Shown here one piece after another: positions 29,831-39,116 of a DNA stretch of 64,000 bases. Source of the DNA: Truepera sp. Its GTDB lineage: Bacteria > Deinococcota > Deinococci > Deinococcales > Trueperaceae. The notes beneath the pieces were generated by a model, which worked only from the letters and a program-made list of their open reading frames with translations, searched no databases and had not been told where the DNA came from. The position numbers and the translations under genes are program-made. The stretch lies in NCBI GenBank assembly GCA_965218435.1, contig CBDCKW010000009.1, positions 3,136,001 through 3,200,000 of the forward strand. The letters are read 5' to 3'. The stretch's first letter is position 1; each line of letters begins with the position of its first letter.

Positions 29831-32800
29831 CCCAATCCGTCTCACCGCCGACCCCTGCAACCTCGAGCACTCCCCGTTTCAATAAACTCAAACGGGTGCT
29901 CGAGGAGCTTTTTCAGTTCGACCAGGCCGACCTCGACTTCGGCATCTACCGCATCATGAACGCCAAGCGCGACGAGCTGACGCGCTTTTTAGACGTTGAC
30001 CTGTTGCCGCAAGTGGGGGCCGAGCTGAGCAAACTCGCCGGGGGCAACCGCGCCGAGATTGAAGCCAAGCTCAAAGAGGAAACCGAAAACACGCTGCGTT
30101 ACGGCGGCGACCCGGAGAAGTCTCAACCTGTTCAAGAGCTACGCCGTCAACTCGCCGCTGCCGCCGACGTAGGTGCGTTAGAGGCCGACATCTACAACGA
30201 CCTGACTGGATTTTTCAAACGCTACTACGACAAAGGCGACTTTTTAAGCCTGCGCCGCTATAAAAAAGACGTTTACGCTATCCCCTACGAGGGCGAAGAG
30301 GTCAAACTGCACTGGGCGAACGCCGACCAGTACTATGTCAAGAGCAGCGAAGCGTTCCGCGACTACACCTTTCACCTTCCGGCCGCAAACGGCACCGACT
30401 CTGCGAGCGGCACAGGCAACAGTGCGCGCCGCGTTCACTTCAAGCTCGTAGACGCCGATACGGACGCGAACAACAACAAGGCCGAGACCGGCAAAGAGCG
30501 CCGCTTTATCGTGGCTGACCCACCGCTGTTGGAAGAAGACGGCGAGCTGACAGTGCGCTTTACCTACCGGATGAGCGGCGAAAAGCAGACCAAGCTCAAT
30601 GAGGCCGCTGCAAGCACCATCTTTGCCCAAGAAGGGTTTGACGCTTGGCTTACGGCCCTGAGAGACCCACGCCCCACCGAGAAGAACAAGACCCGCACGC
30701 TGTTGGAGAAGCAACTCGGCGACTACACCGCCAAAAACTCGTTCGACTACTTCATCCACAAAGACCTGCGCGGTTTTTTACGGCGTGAGCTGGACTTTTT
30801 TATCAAAAACGAAGTCGTGCAGCTCGACGACCTCGAGAGTCAGGACATCTCAAAAATGACGCAGACCTATGGGAAAGTCCGCGCTATGCGCGGACTTTCC
30901 CATAAAATTATTGATTTCTTAGCTCAGATTGAAAACTTTCAAAAAAAGCTCTGGCTCAAGAAAAAGTTTGTGGTAAGTACCGACTACTGCGTGACGCTCG
31001 ACAAGTTTACGGGGGATGCGGCGGGGCTTTTGGCTGAGGTCGCCGTAAACGAGGCGCAGCGGCAGGAATGGGTGCGACTCTTTGCCATTGATGAATTGGA
31101 CGGCTACAGTGAACCGCTGACCCGCGAGTTTTTAGAGGCCAATCCCTTTTTGGTTTTGGACACGCAGTTTTACGGTGCAACCTTTAAGGACAAGCTGCTC
31201 TCCGGTTTTGAAGACCTGGACGCACAGACGGACGGGCTGCTGATTAAGAGCGAGAACTTTGGGGCGCTGAACTTGTTGCAGGCGCGGTACAAGGAGCAGG
31301 TGAAGTGCATTTACATTGACCCGCCGTACAACACGGGCGGCGACGGGTTTGCGTACAAGGACAACTATCAACACTCGAGCTGGCTTTCGATGATGAGAGA
31401 CCGCTTAGTCTACGGGCGAGAGTTATTGGGTGAAATAAGGTGCAAGTTTCGTTAGCATTGACGAGAACGAGCAGGCAAGATTGAAAACTTTAGCAGACAT
31501 GGTTTATGGCAGCGAGAACTTGATTGCTAGTGTCGCAAACATAAGTAACCCTAAAGGCCGTTCTGACCAAGTGAATGTTGCAACAGCACACGAATATCTG
31601 CTTATTCACCAACTCAATGACACTGTTCTTAGTGGCTGGAAGCCCGAAGAAAACATTTTACGCAGGTACAACAAAACTGACGAGGACGGCAAAGTGTACC
31701 GGGAAATAGACTTGCGGAAAACAGGTGACAACGACAAGCGCGAAGACAGACCCAACTTATTTTATTTTTTTCTCTTCAACGAAGAGACCGGAGACATACA
31801 GGTATCACGTTCCGAGGACATTCCCAATGGCTATGTTCAAATCCAACCTCTGAGGAAAGATGGTAGTCAAGGGAACTGGCGCTGGGAAGCTGAAACAGCC
31901 AAGAAAAATATCTCAAAGCTACTCCCCAAATTAATGGTCACTAGAAAAGTATGGACGGTGTTTGAAAAAGATTACTTAACGCCTGAAGAACGAGTTAAAC
32001 CTACATCAGCATGGACAAAAAAAGAGTTCAACAGCGAGAGAGGGTCTGAGCAATTTTTTCACCTTGGTTTCGGCAAACCAGATTCTCTACGTCCGAAACC
32101 TGTTGGCTTAATCGAGCATATTGTTCAGCTGATTAAACCCGACGAAGCCGTTGCGCTCGACTACTTCGCAGGCTCCGGCACCACCGGCCACGCCGTCATC
32201 AACCTCAACCGTGAGGATGGCGGCACCCGCAAGTACATCCTGGTGGAGATGGGCGACTACTTCGATACGGTCTTGAAACCGCGTATTCAAAAGGTCGTCT
32301 ACAGCAAAGACTGGAAAGACGGTAAGCCGGTGTCGCGGGAGGGTAGCAGCCAGCTCATTAAGGTGCTGAGGCTCGAGTCTTACGAGGACGCGCTGAATAA
32401 CCTCGAGGTCAGGAGGCCCACTACCGGGCAGGGTGAGCTGGACTTTTCCGGTGACGCCATGAAGGGCTTTCGGGAGGACTACCTGCTGCACTACATGTTG
32501 GATGTAGAAACGCGGGGCAGCGCGTCGCTCCTGAACATTGACGGTTTTAGAGACCCGTTCGCGTATGAGCTGAAGATTGCCAGCAGCAGCGCAGGCGAGA
32601 CGCAGCCCACCAAAGTTGACCTCATCGAGACGTTTAACTACCTGTTGGGTTTGCAGGTCAAAACCACCGAGACGCTACAGGGCTTTAAGGTCGTTACCGG
32701 ACAAACTCTGAGCGGGGAAAAAGTGTTGGTGATTTGGCGCAACCTGGACAAAAAAGACAACGCGGCGCTCGATAACTTTCTCTCTAGGCAGAAGTACAAC

Positions 32801-32971
32801 CCTCGAGACATGGAGTTCGACCTGATTTACGTCAACGGCGACAACAACCTGCAGAACCTGCGGCGTGAAGATGAAACCTGGAAAGTTCGGCTGATTGAAG
32901 AGGAGTTTCAACGGCTGATGTTCGATGTTAGGTCTGACGGGGCTAGTGCCCCTAACCTAAGGGACGTTTGA
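29827..32971 (+). pseudogene. mod: Type III RM modification methyltransferase, frameshifted near 31435
   Basis: DLDFGIYRIMN N-terminus, IYIDPPYNTG before LDYFAGSGTT (beta order); the frame switches from ...RELLGE to GASFVSIDENE. Confidence 0.88.
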
Positions 32972-35900
32972 TGACGGTTGCAACGGAAGGCAAGGCAACG
33001 AAAAGGGCAAAAAAAGTAGACGTGCGGCTCGACCAGCAGCTTGTCTTGAACCGCTATTTACTGGGGCTTTTCGGGGTCGAGAAGCTTGAAGACCTGACGG
33101 AGGAACTCAAAGGCTCGGAGCTAGAGCGGCTTGACGAGAACAACATCTCGCAGTTTCACCACGAGCTGACGCACCGGCTTGGGCGGGCAGAACGTGTGTC
33201 GGGGGCGGTCGGCACACTCACCAAAGAGCTACTGCTCGGCTATGACGAGAACATCGTCTCGCACACGCTCCGTATCAGCCAGACGCGGGCGGAGCCGCTT
33301 CGCTGGAAATACTTTCAGTACCTCTCGCTGCTCTTTACCGAAATCTATCTGGACGCTTACTTTCGTGACCCGGACAGGCTTTTGGTGGGGCTGAACGAGC
33401 AGCTGGACGCCGTAAACGAGGAGCAGGGGACAGAACTCCCGCCTTACGAGCCGGACGACCTCCGCAAGCTCGCCTTCTGGAACGCGACGGGCTCGGGCAA
33501 GACGCTCTTGATGCACGTCAACATCTTGCAGTATCAGCACTACGCTAAGCGGCACGCTCAGGAAGGGGCGCTCAACCGTGTGATTTTGCTCACGCCCAAC
33601 GAGGGGCTTTCAAACCAGCACCTTAAGGAGTTTGAGGCGTCGGGTTTGGGGGCGGTGCGCTTTCAAAAAGACGGTGGCGGGCTCTTTTCCGGGGGCGCGG
33701 TCGAGGTCATTGACATTCATAAGCTTGCAGAAGAGTCGGGCGAGAAGACGGTTGCGGTGGACGCCTTTGAGGGCAACAACCTGGTTTTGGTGGATGAAGG
33801 ACACCGGGGCAGTTCGGGGCTCGAGTGGAAACGCCGCCGGGACGCGCTCTCTGTCGACGGGTTCGCGTTCGAGTATTCGGCAACCTTCGGGCAGGCGGTC
33901 AAGGCGAGTAAAAAGGACGACCTCAAGGCCGAATACGCTAAGTGCATCTTGTTCGACTACTCGTACCGCTACTTCTACGCTGACGGCTTCGGCAAAGACT
34001 TTCGCATCTTTAATGTGGGTGAGGAGCGTGAAGAAGTCCGGCAGCTCTACCTCACAGCCTGCTTACTGACTTTTTACCAGCAACTCCGCGCTTATAAAGA
34101 GAACGCACAAGCGTTTGCACCTTATGGGCTCGAGAAACCCTTGTGGGTCTTTGTCGGCGGCACAGTGACGGCGGTGCGAACCGTCGGGGGGCAGAAAGTC
34201 TCGGACGTGCTCGACGTGCTGCTTTTTCTGGCTTCATTTACCTCTGAGCGGGAGACAGTGCTGCGGCGTATCGAAACCTTACTGAGCGGGCACACCGGGC
34301 TTTTATCGGGCGCTAGCACGGATGCTTTCGCCAAAAGTTTTAGCTATTTGGTTTCCAGCAAAGACGCGCCGGAGGTTATTTACGCGGACATCTTGAAACG
34401 CGTTTTTAACGCGGGTGGTACAGGCAAGTTGCACGTCTCGCAGATAAAAGCTGCCGACGGAGAGATTGCGCTTCGTTTGGGTGAGAACGAACCCTTCGGC
34501 GTTATCAACGTCGGTGACGCGAAAGCACTTACCGACCTGTGCGGAGAACACCCAGACACGCTCTTGGTTGAGGACAGCGACTTTGCCGACTCGCTCTTTG
34601 GACGTATCAACCAGAAAGACTCGCCGGTCAACGTCCTTATCGGCTCTAAAAAGTTTACCGAGGGCTGGAGCAGCTGGCGGGTCTCAACGATGGGGCTCAT
34701 GAACATCGGGCGTTCCGAAGGCAGCGAGATTATCCAGCTCTTTGGGCGCGGGGTGCGGCTCAGGGGTTTTGAAGGTTCGCTCAAACGTAGCAGCGCGTTG
34801 GTGAGGACAACGGTGGGAACGAGCGGGATGCCCGCACCGGAGAACTTGCCACTCGTTGAGACGCTCGGTATTTTCGGCGTTCGCGCGGACTACATGCAGC
34901 ACTTTAAGGAGTACCTCGAGGAAGAGGGTATCCCGACTAACGAAGAGCGCGTAGAGTTCACGTTGCCGATTGTTAAAACGCTGGCCACTGAACCGCTTAA
35001 GGTCATCGGTATTCAGGGCGGGCTCGAGTTTAAGCAAGCTGGCCCCAAAGTTCTGCTGGGGCCACCACCGGAGGCGTTCACCAAAAGGCTCGTGGCGGTT
35101 AACTGGTATCCGAAGCTCGAGGCGGCCCAGAGTAAGGGTGTCAAAACGGGCAACGGTAGCGTGACGCTGCATACGGGCGTACTGGGCACAGAACACGTGG
35201 CACTTTTAGACCTGGACGCCCTTACCTTTGAGCTTCAGCGTTTCAAATACGAACGCAACTGGCATAACGTAAGCGTTTCTAAAGAAGCGGTGGCGGCGCT
35301 TTTGGCACGTCACGACTGGTACAAGCTCGAGATTCCGGCGCGGGAACTCCGCTTTACCTCATTTACGCAGGTGCGCGTCTGGCAGGAGGTAGCGACGGCG
35401 CTTCTGAAAAAATACCTCGAGCGGTTTTACACCTATCACAAGGCTGCGTGGGAAGGCGAGCGCCTCGAGGTGCAGACGCTTTCAGCGAAGAGCAGCAACT
35501 TTGTCGAACAGTACAAGGTGACGGTAGATGCACCTGAGAAGGAGCTGCTCGTCAAGCTAGAAGCACTTAAGGACAAGCTCGAGCGGGGTGAGCAGAGCGG
35601 CGATATAGCTTTCGGCGACTTTTACGCTTACGGCCTCGGTGTCCACCAGTACTACCCGCTTATCGCGAGTTGGGCCAAAGGGATTTCGGTCAGCCCGGTT
35701 GCGCTTAATTTGGGCGAGAAAGATTTTACCTACGACCTGAAAAGTTATCTCGAGCGCCCGGACACGCCCCTTACAGGCCAAAAGGTCTACCTGCTGCGTA
35801 ACCAGAGCCGGGGCAAAGGCTTAGGCTTTTTCGCCGAGGAAAACTTCTACCCCGACTTTATCCTCTGGATTGTGGACGGCGCACGGCAGTTCGTAACTTT

Positions 35901-36207
35901 CGTAGACCCTAGAGGCTTGCGTAACCTGAGTGGGTTGGAAGACCCCAAGATAACCTTTTTCAAAAAGGTCAAAGAGTTTGAGCAAAAACTAGGTGACCCC
36001 AATCTCATCTTAAACTCGTTTATCGTCTCCGGTACGCCGCTCGCGGACGTAAACTGGTGGGACAAAACGCTAGGCGAGCACGGGTTTTGCAAGTACAACG
36101 TGCTGTTTCAAAAAAGCTCTGCTTATAGCTCGGACTACAACTACGTCGGTACGATGGTCAAGCTTCTTTTGCAGCAAGGGGCAGCAGGACTCAAAGAGCA
36201 GCTTTAG
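32971..36207 (+). CDS. res: Type III RM restriction subunit (SF2 helicase plus PD-(D/E)xK-like domain)
   Basis: ATGSGKT, VDEGH, YSATF, QLFGRGVR, C-terminal FYPDFILW...FVDPRG; TGATG overlap with mod. Confidence 0.88.
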   Translation: MTVATEGKATKRAKKVDVRLDQQLVLNRYLLGLFGVEKLEDLTEELKGSELERLDENNISQFHHELTHRLGRAERVSGAVGTLTKELLLGYDENIVSHTLRISQTRAEPLRWKYFQYLSLLFTEIYLDAYFRDPDRLLVGLNEQLDAVNEEQGTELPPYEPDDLRKLAFWNATGSGKTLLMHVNILQYQHYAKRHAQEGALNRVILLTPNEGLSNQHLKEFEASGLGAVRFQKDGGGLFSGGAVEVIDIHKLAEESGEKTVAVDAFEGNNLVLVDEGHRGSSGLEWKRRRDALSVDGFAFEYSATFGQAVKASKKDDLKAEYAKCILFDYSYRYFYADGFGKDFRIFNVGEEREEVRQLYLTACLLTFYQQLRAYKENAQAFAPYGLEKPLWVFVGGTVTAVRTVGGQKVSDVLDVLLFLASFTSERETVLRRIETLLSGHTGLLSGASTDAFAKSFSYLVSSKDAPEVIYADILKRVFNAGGTGKLHVSQIKAADGEIALRLGENEPFGVINVGDAKALTDLCGEHPDTLLVEDSDFADSLFGRINQKDSPVNVLIGSKKFTEGWSSWRVSTMGLMNIGRSEGSEIIQLFGRGVRLRGFEGSLKRSSALVRTTVGTSGMPAPENLPLVETLGIFGVRADYMQHFKEYLEEEGIPTNEERVEFTLPIVKTLATEPLKVIGIQGGLEFKQAGPKVLLGPPPEAFTKRLVAVNWYPKLEAAQSKGVKTGNGSVTLHTGVLGTEHVALLDLDALTFELQRFKYERNWHNVSVSKEAVAALLARHDWYKLEIPARELRFTSFTQVRVWQEVATALLKKYLERFYTYHKAAWEGERLEVQTLSAKSSNFVEQYKVTVDAPEKELLVKLEALKDKLERGEQSGDIAFGDFYAYGLGVHQYYPLIASWAKGISVSPVALNLGEKDFTYDLKSYLERPDTPLTGQKVYLLRNQSRGKGLGFFAEENFYPDFILWIVDGARQFVTFVDPRGLRNLSGLEDPKITFFKKVKEFEQKLGDPNLILNSFIVSGTPLADVNWWDKTLGEHGFCKYNVLFQKSSAYSSDYNYVGTMVKLLLQQGAAGLKEQL

Positions 36208-36223
36208 ATAAGGTCTCGTGAAA

Positions 36224-36279
36224 AAACCGAGCTGAGAGTAGTATCCAACGCAAGTTAGACACCGCTCTCAGCTCGGTTT
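36224..36279. repeat. 26-bp imperfect inverted repeat with 4-nt loop
   Basis: AAACCGAGCTGAGAGTAGTATCCAAC-gcaa-GTTAGACACCGCTCTCAGCTCGGTTT. Confidence 0.85.
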
Positions 36280-36589
36280 CTAGGCGAACCCACGACAAAA
36301 ACTAGGGTACTCGAGCTGTCATGCTAAACAGGTGGGTTAGGTAAGGCTCCTTTTTTAAGGGTTCCAGCGTCGCGGAACACCCATCATGAAGTGCTCTGTA
36401 AAACAGATGTGGGAAAGCGTATCACCCGTATGAACCGAGCGGCTTAAAGTTCAAGGCATGGTCGCACCTCTACGTGAAGAGCCTAGTCAAGGTATAAGGC
36501 ACGTCTTGCCGGACGTGCTCGAGCCCTTTTAACTTGAGCAGGATGCTAAGCACAGCACCAAAACCGTCTTTTAGAAGTATCGTACCGCC

Positions 36590-36997
36590 GAATAGTGCAA
36601 CCGGAGCAGCGGCGTTCGACCTAGACGGTGTCACGTTGTTAAAAACGCGTGGACTAGACGCCGACGTTGCCGAGTACCTTAACTGCGCCTACGGCGACCG
36701 GGCCGTAAAAGTTGCCGAGCTCGCCCAAACCTATCCGGGACGCCTCGTACCGGGGCACCCATAGCTCGAGGCCGAAGTCGTCTACAGCGCCACCTATAAG
36801 GGAGCCGATACCGCCGTTGATTGTGCCGTACCCGGCTGGCGTTTTGAGACCAAAGGGCGGCGCTGGGGGCGCTGCCTAGAGTCATTGACCTGCTCGGCCA
36901 AACGCTTTCGTGGGACGAAGCCAGAAAACAGCGAGAGAGGCAGGAAGCTATGGCCTACTTCGGCAAAACCAAAGAACCTCAACCGGTGATGTCTTAA
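36590..36997 (+). pseudogene. glpD: Glycerol-3-phosphate dehydrogenase C-terminal remnant
   Basis: AYGDRAVKV...LVPGHP*LEAEVVYS...(frameshift)RTRLAF*D...LPRVIDLL...LSWD matches the GlpD C-terminal domain pattern. Confidence 0.75.
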
Positions 36998-37016
36998 AGT
37001 CGTCAGCCAGACGAAT

Positions 37017-37820
37017 CTAAATTGCTGTGTGTCTATTAAGAGCACCGTATCGCTCTTCCCATGTGTCTAAGAGAGGCTTCACGCTCATGAGCAAAGTTTT
37101 GCAGTAGCTCATCAGCTCTAAGTTTGCGTAGTCTTGTTCTCGTGGTGAAGCTGCTAGCCGCCAAACGATTTGAAAAGCGAGTGAAACTGCTACCTTAGCT
37201 TTTTGAAAGCAGAATGCGGCATATCGCCAATTCGTCATTTTGTTGAGTTTGGGATGTAATGCCAAGGGCAAAGCTCCGGAGGACGGATGCACAGCCTTAT
37301 CTTTAAAGTGGTAGATGTGTTTTAGTGCTTCTCTGAGCCCTTGAGTGTCTGAGTTGTCTATTCGATATGCCAGTCTGAGCACTTCTAAAACTTGTTTATA
37401 TCTAGCTGTCCTGTTATTGTACCAAGCTCGAGCCGTTTCGTCGGGTATAGTCACATAGTCTTTCGTGCTCGCATAAAATGCGTCTACCGCTATTCCAGCT
37501 GCCATCATTGCTTGCATACCAGAAGAGAACTCAAGCTTTAGCGCCTCACCTATCTCCTCGTTGTTATTTCTTTCTTCTGCATCTGTTATGGCGTTACTGT
37601 TCTTCTCTGTTATCACGAGATGACCGTAAGCAATTTGCAGCCAGTACGGACACATGTAAGACCCGGTGTGAAACTCAATCGGCTGAGCCTCTAACTTTCC
37701 ATCGTCCCTAATGCTTATCGTCAAGCTCGGTATAACTAGACTGTCACCTTCAACAAGAAACGGCTGTATATCTTGAGAACTCTCTTTATCCTTCTGTCCT
37801 TCATCATCTTCATTGACCAT
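37017..37820 (-). CDS. Hypothetical AT-rich protein, possibly HEPN-like
   Basis: 267 aa open frame with atypical composition; helical, with FKDKAVHP. Confidence 0.6.
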   Translation of the reverse strand: MVNEDDEGQKDKESSQDIQPFLVEGDSLVIPSLTISIRDDGKLEAQPIEFHTGSYMCPYWLQIAYGHLVITEKNSNAITDAEERNNNEEIGEALKLEFSSGMQAMMAAGIAVDAFYASTKDYVTIPDETARAWYNNRTARYKQVLEVLRLAYRIDNSDTQGLREALKHIYHFKDKAVHPSSGALPLALHPKLNKMTNWRYAAFCFQKAKVAVSLAFQIVWRLAASPREQDYANLELMSYCKTLLMSVKPLLDTWEERYGALNRHTAI

Positions 37821-37904
37821 GACCGATTATCACGAATGCAAAAAGTTTTTACAATACACTCCCTTGAGTTAGAAACAAGCAATGATAAGCTCTGCTGAAT
37901 CAGT

Positions 37905-38132
37905 CTATTTCTCGCGCCACCGCCCCGAATCATCTTTTTCGTAGGTCTGCCCGACCGCCGACCACGCCACCCGGTGCGAGACCTCTTCACGTGAGGCGTC
38001 GTCACGGCGCTCATCCGGGTCTTTGTACTCGTCCCAGGCGCTGTTATAGGCGGCGCGGTAGATTTCTTGGGCGTGTTTGGGCAGGTTATCTTGAACCGAG
38101 TCGGGTAAATCACTTAGATTTTTGTAAGGCAT
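37905..38132 (-). CDS. chaB: ChaB family protein
   Basis: MPYKNLSDLPDSVQDNLPKHAQEIYRAAYNSAW...HRVAWSAV. Confidence 0.93.
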   Translation of the reverse strand: MPYKNLSDLPDSVQDNLPKHAQEIYRAAYNSAWDEYKDPDERRDDASREEVSHRVAWSAVGQTYEKDDSGRWREK

Positions 38133-38171
38133 GTCGAACCCTCGACCCTCGTATCGTTACGCTAAGTCAGA

Positions 38172-39026
38172 TTATTCCCGAGAAACCTTGCCCAGACTGT
38201 TCTCTGGTTCCGGTTGCAGGTCCTCTTCCGGCCGCACCTCTTCAGAAACGGGCTTGTCCCGCAAGACGCCGCGTAAAAGGATAACGTAACCGACGATACC
38301 GATAAGCGCAAACGAAAACCACTGAAACGCATACGAGAGGTGCGGCCCCTGGCTGATTTCGGGAGGCGGCGGCGGAACGGGGAGTTGCCCCGACTGAGCA
38401 GGCGTCTGCGTGGCGAGTTCTAAAAAGACGGGCTCGAGCGTATACGGCCGCCCTACACTGAGACGGGCCGGATCAACAAAGAAGGCTGCCTCGAGCTTTC
38501 CTTTAGCCGGGTCTTTCTGAACCAAACCGAGCGAACCGAGAAACCCGCCCCCGGTAGGTTCCGGCTGAGCGGGTTGCAAAATGCCGGTCACAGTTACCTT
38601 TTCGGGCGGCGGCGCAGCTTCTCTAATCGGTGGATCGTCGAGCGCGAAAGGCACCCACCCCCGGTCTACTAAGAGCGCACGGCCCGACGCTAAACGTAGG
38701 GGCGTCAGGACGTGATAACCCGGTTGCTCGTTTAGCGCACGGGAACGAAGTAAAAGCTCGTTCGCCGTATCAAAACGTCCCGTTACTTGGGCGCGGCGGT
38801 AGGCGACCGAATCCTCTGCCCGCTCAGAAGCAGTCGAAGAATATTGGTTGACGAGTTGGCCAAAGGGCTGAGGTCGAGCCTCGAGGCGGGCCTCGAGCAG
38901 CGCGTTATACGCTTCCCGCTGAGCGAGGCGGCGCAACTGCCAAAAGCCAAAGTTGACAAACAAGACAACCAAGCCGAAGGCTAAAAGATGACCGAACAAC
39001 CAGCGCGGCGTTAAAAGTTTTTTCAT
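38172..39026 (-). CDS. SURF1 family oxidase assembly protein
   Basis: FGFWQLRR, GYHVLTPL, VDRGWVP, HLSYAFQWF; GAGGA RBS before ATG at 39026. Confidence 0.92.
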   Translation of the reverse strand: MKKLLTPRWLFGHLLAFGLVVLFVNFGFWQLRRLAQREAYNALLEARLEARPQPFGQLVNQYSSTASERAEDSVAYRRAQVTGRFDTANELLLRSRALNEQPGYHVLTPLRLASGRALLVDRGWVPFALDDPPIREAAPPPEKVTVTGILQPAQPEPTGGGFLGSLGLVQKDPAKGKLEAAFFVDPARLSVGRPYTLEPVFLELATQTPAQSGQLPVPPPPPEISQGPHLSYAFQWFSFALIGIVGYVILLRGVLRDKPVSEEVRPEEDLQPEPENSLGKVSRE

Positions 39027-39116
39027 GTCCTCTTCTCGAGCAAAAAGGGACGCAGCAGCATAAACTGTGCGCCCCTTTAGTATCAACGTGTCAACAAACG
39101 TGTCAAACGGTGACGC

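Larger units (their letters stand above)
22097..37860. mobile_element. Degraded tRNA-anchored genomic island (right border approximate)
   Basis: Integrase remnant next to the tRNA, IS fragments, several pseudogenes, RM/TA genes and AT-richer patches; no attR copy seen. Confidence 0.7.

Noticed and set aside
31425..31460. Phase-variable mod (phasevarion)
   Set aside because: No simple sequence repeat or long homopolymer at the frameshift or the 5' end of mod.
26421..36207. DISARM or BREX system
   Set aside because: SNF2 plus methylase is suggestive, but there is no DUF1998, PLD nuclease, PglZ or BrxC gene; the methylase and helicase are type III Mod/Res.
36208..37900. attR duplicate of the tRNA 3' end
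   Set aside because: No copy of TTCAAATCCAGTCCCCGCAACCA was found by eye, so the island's right border remains approximate.
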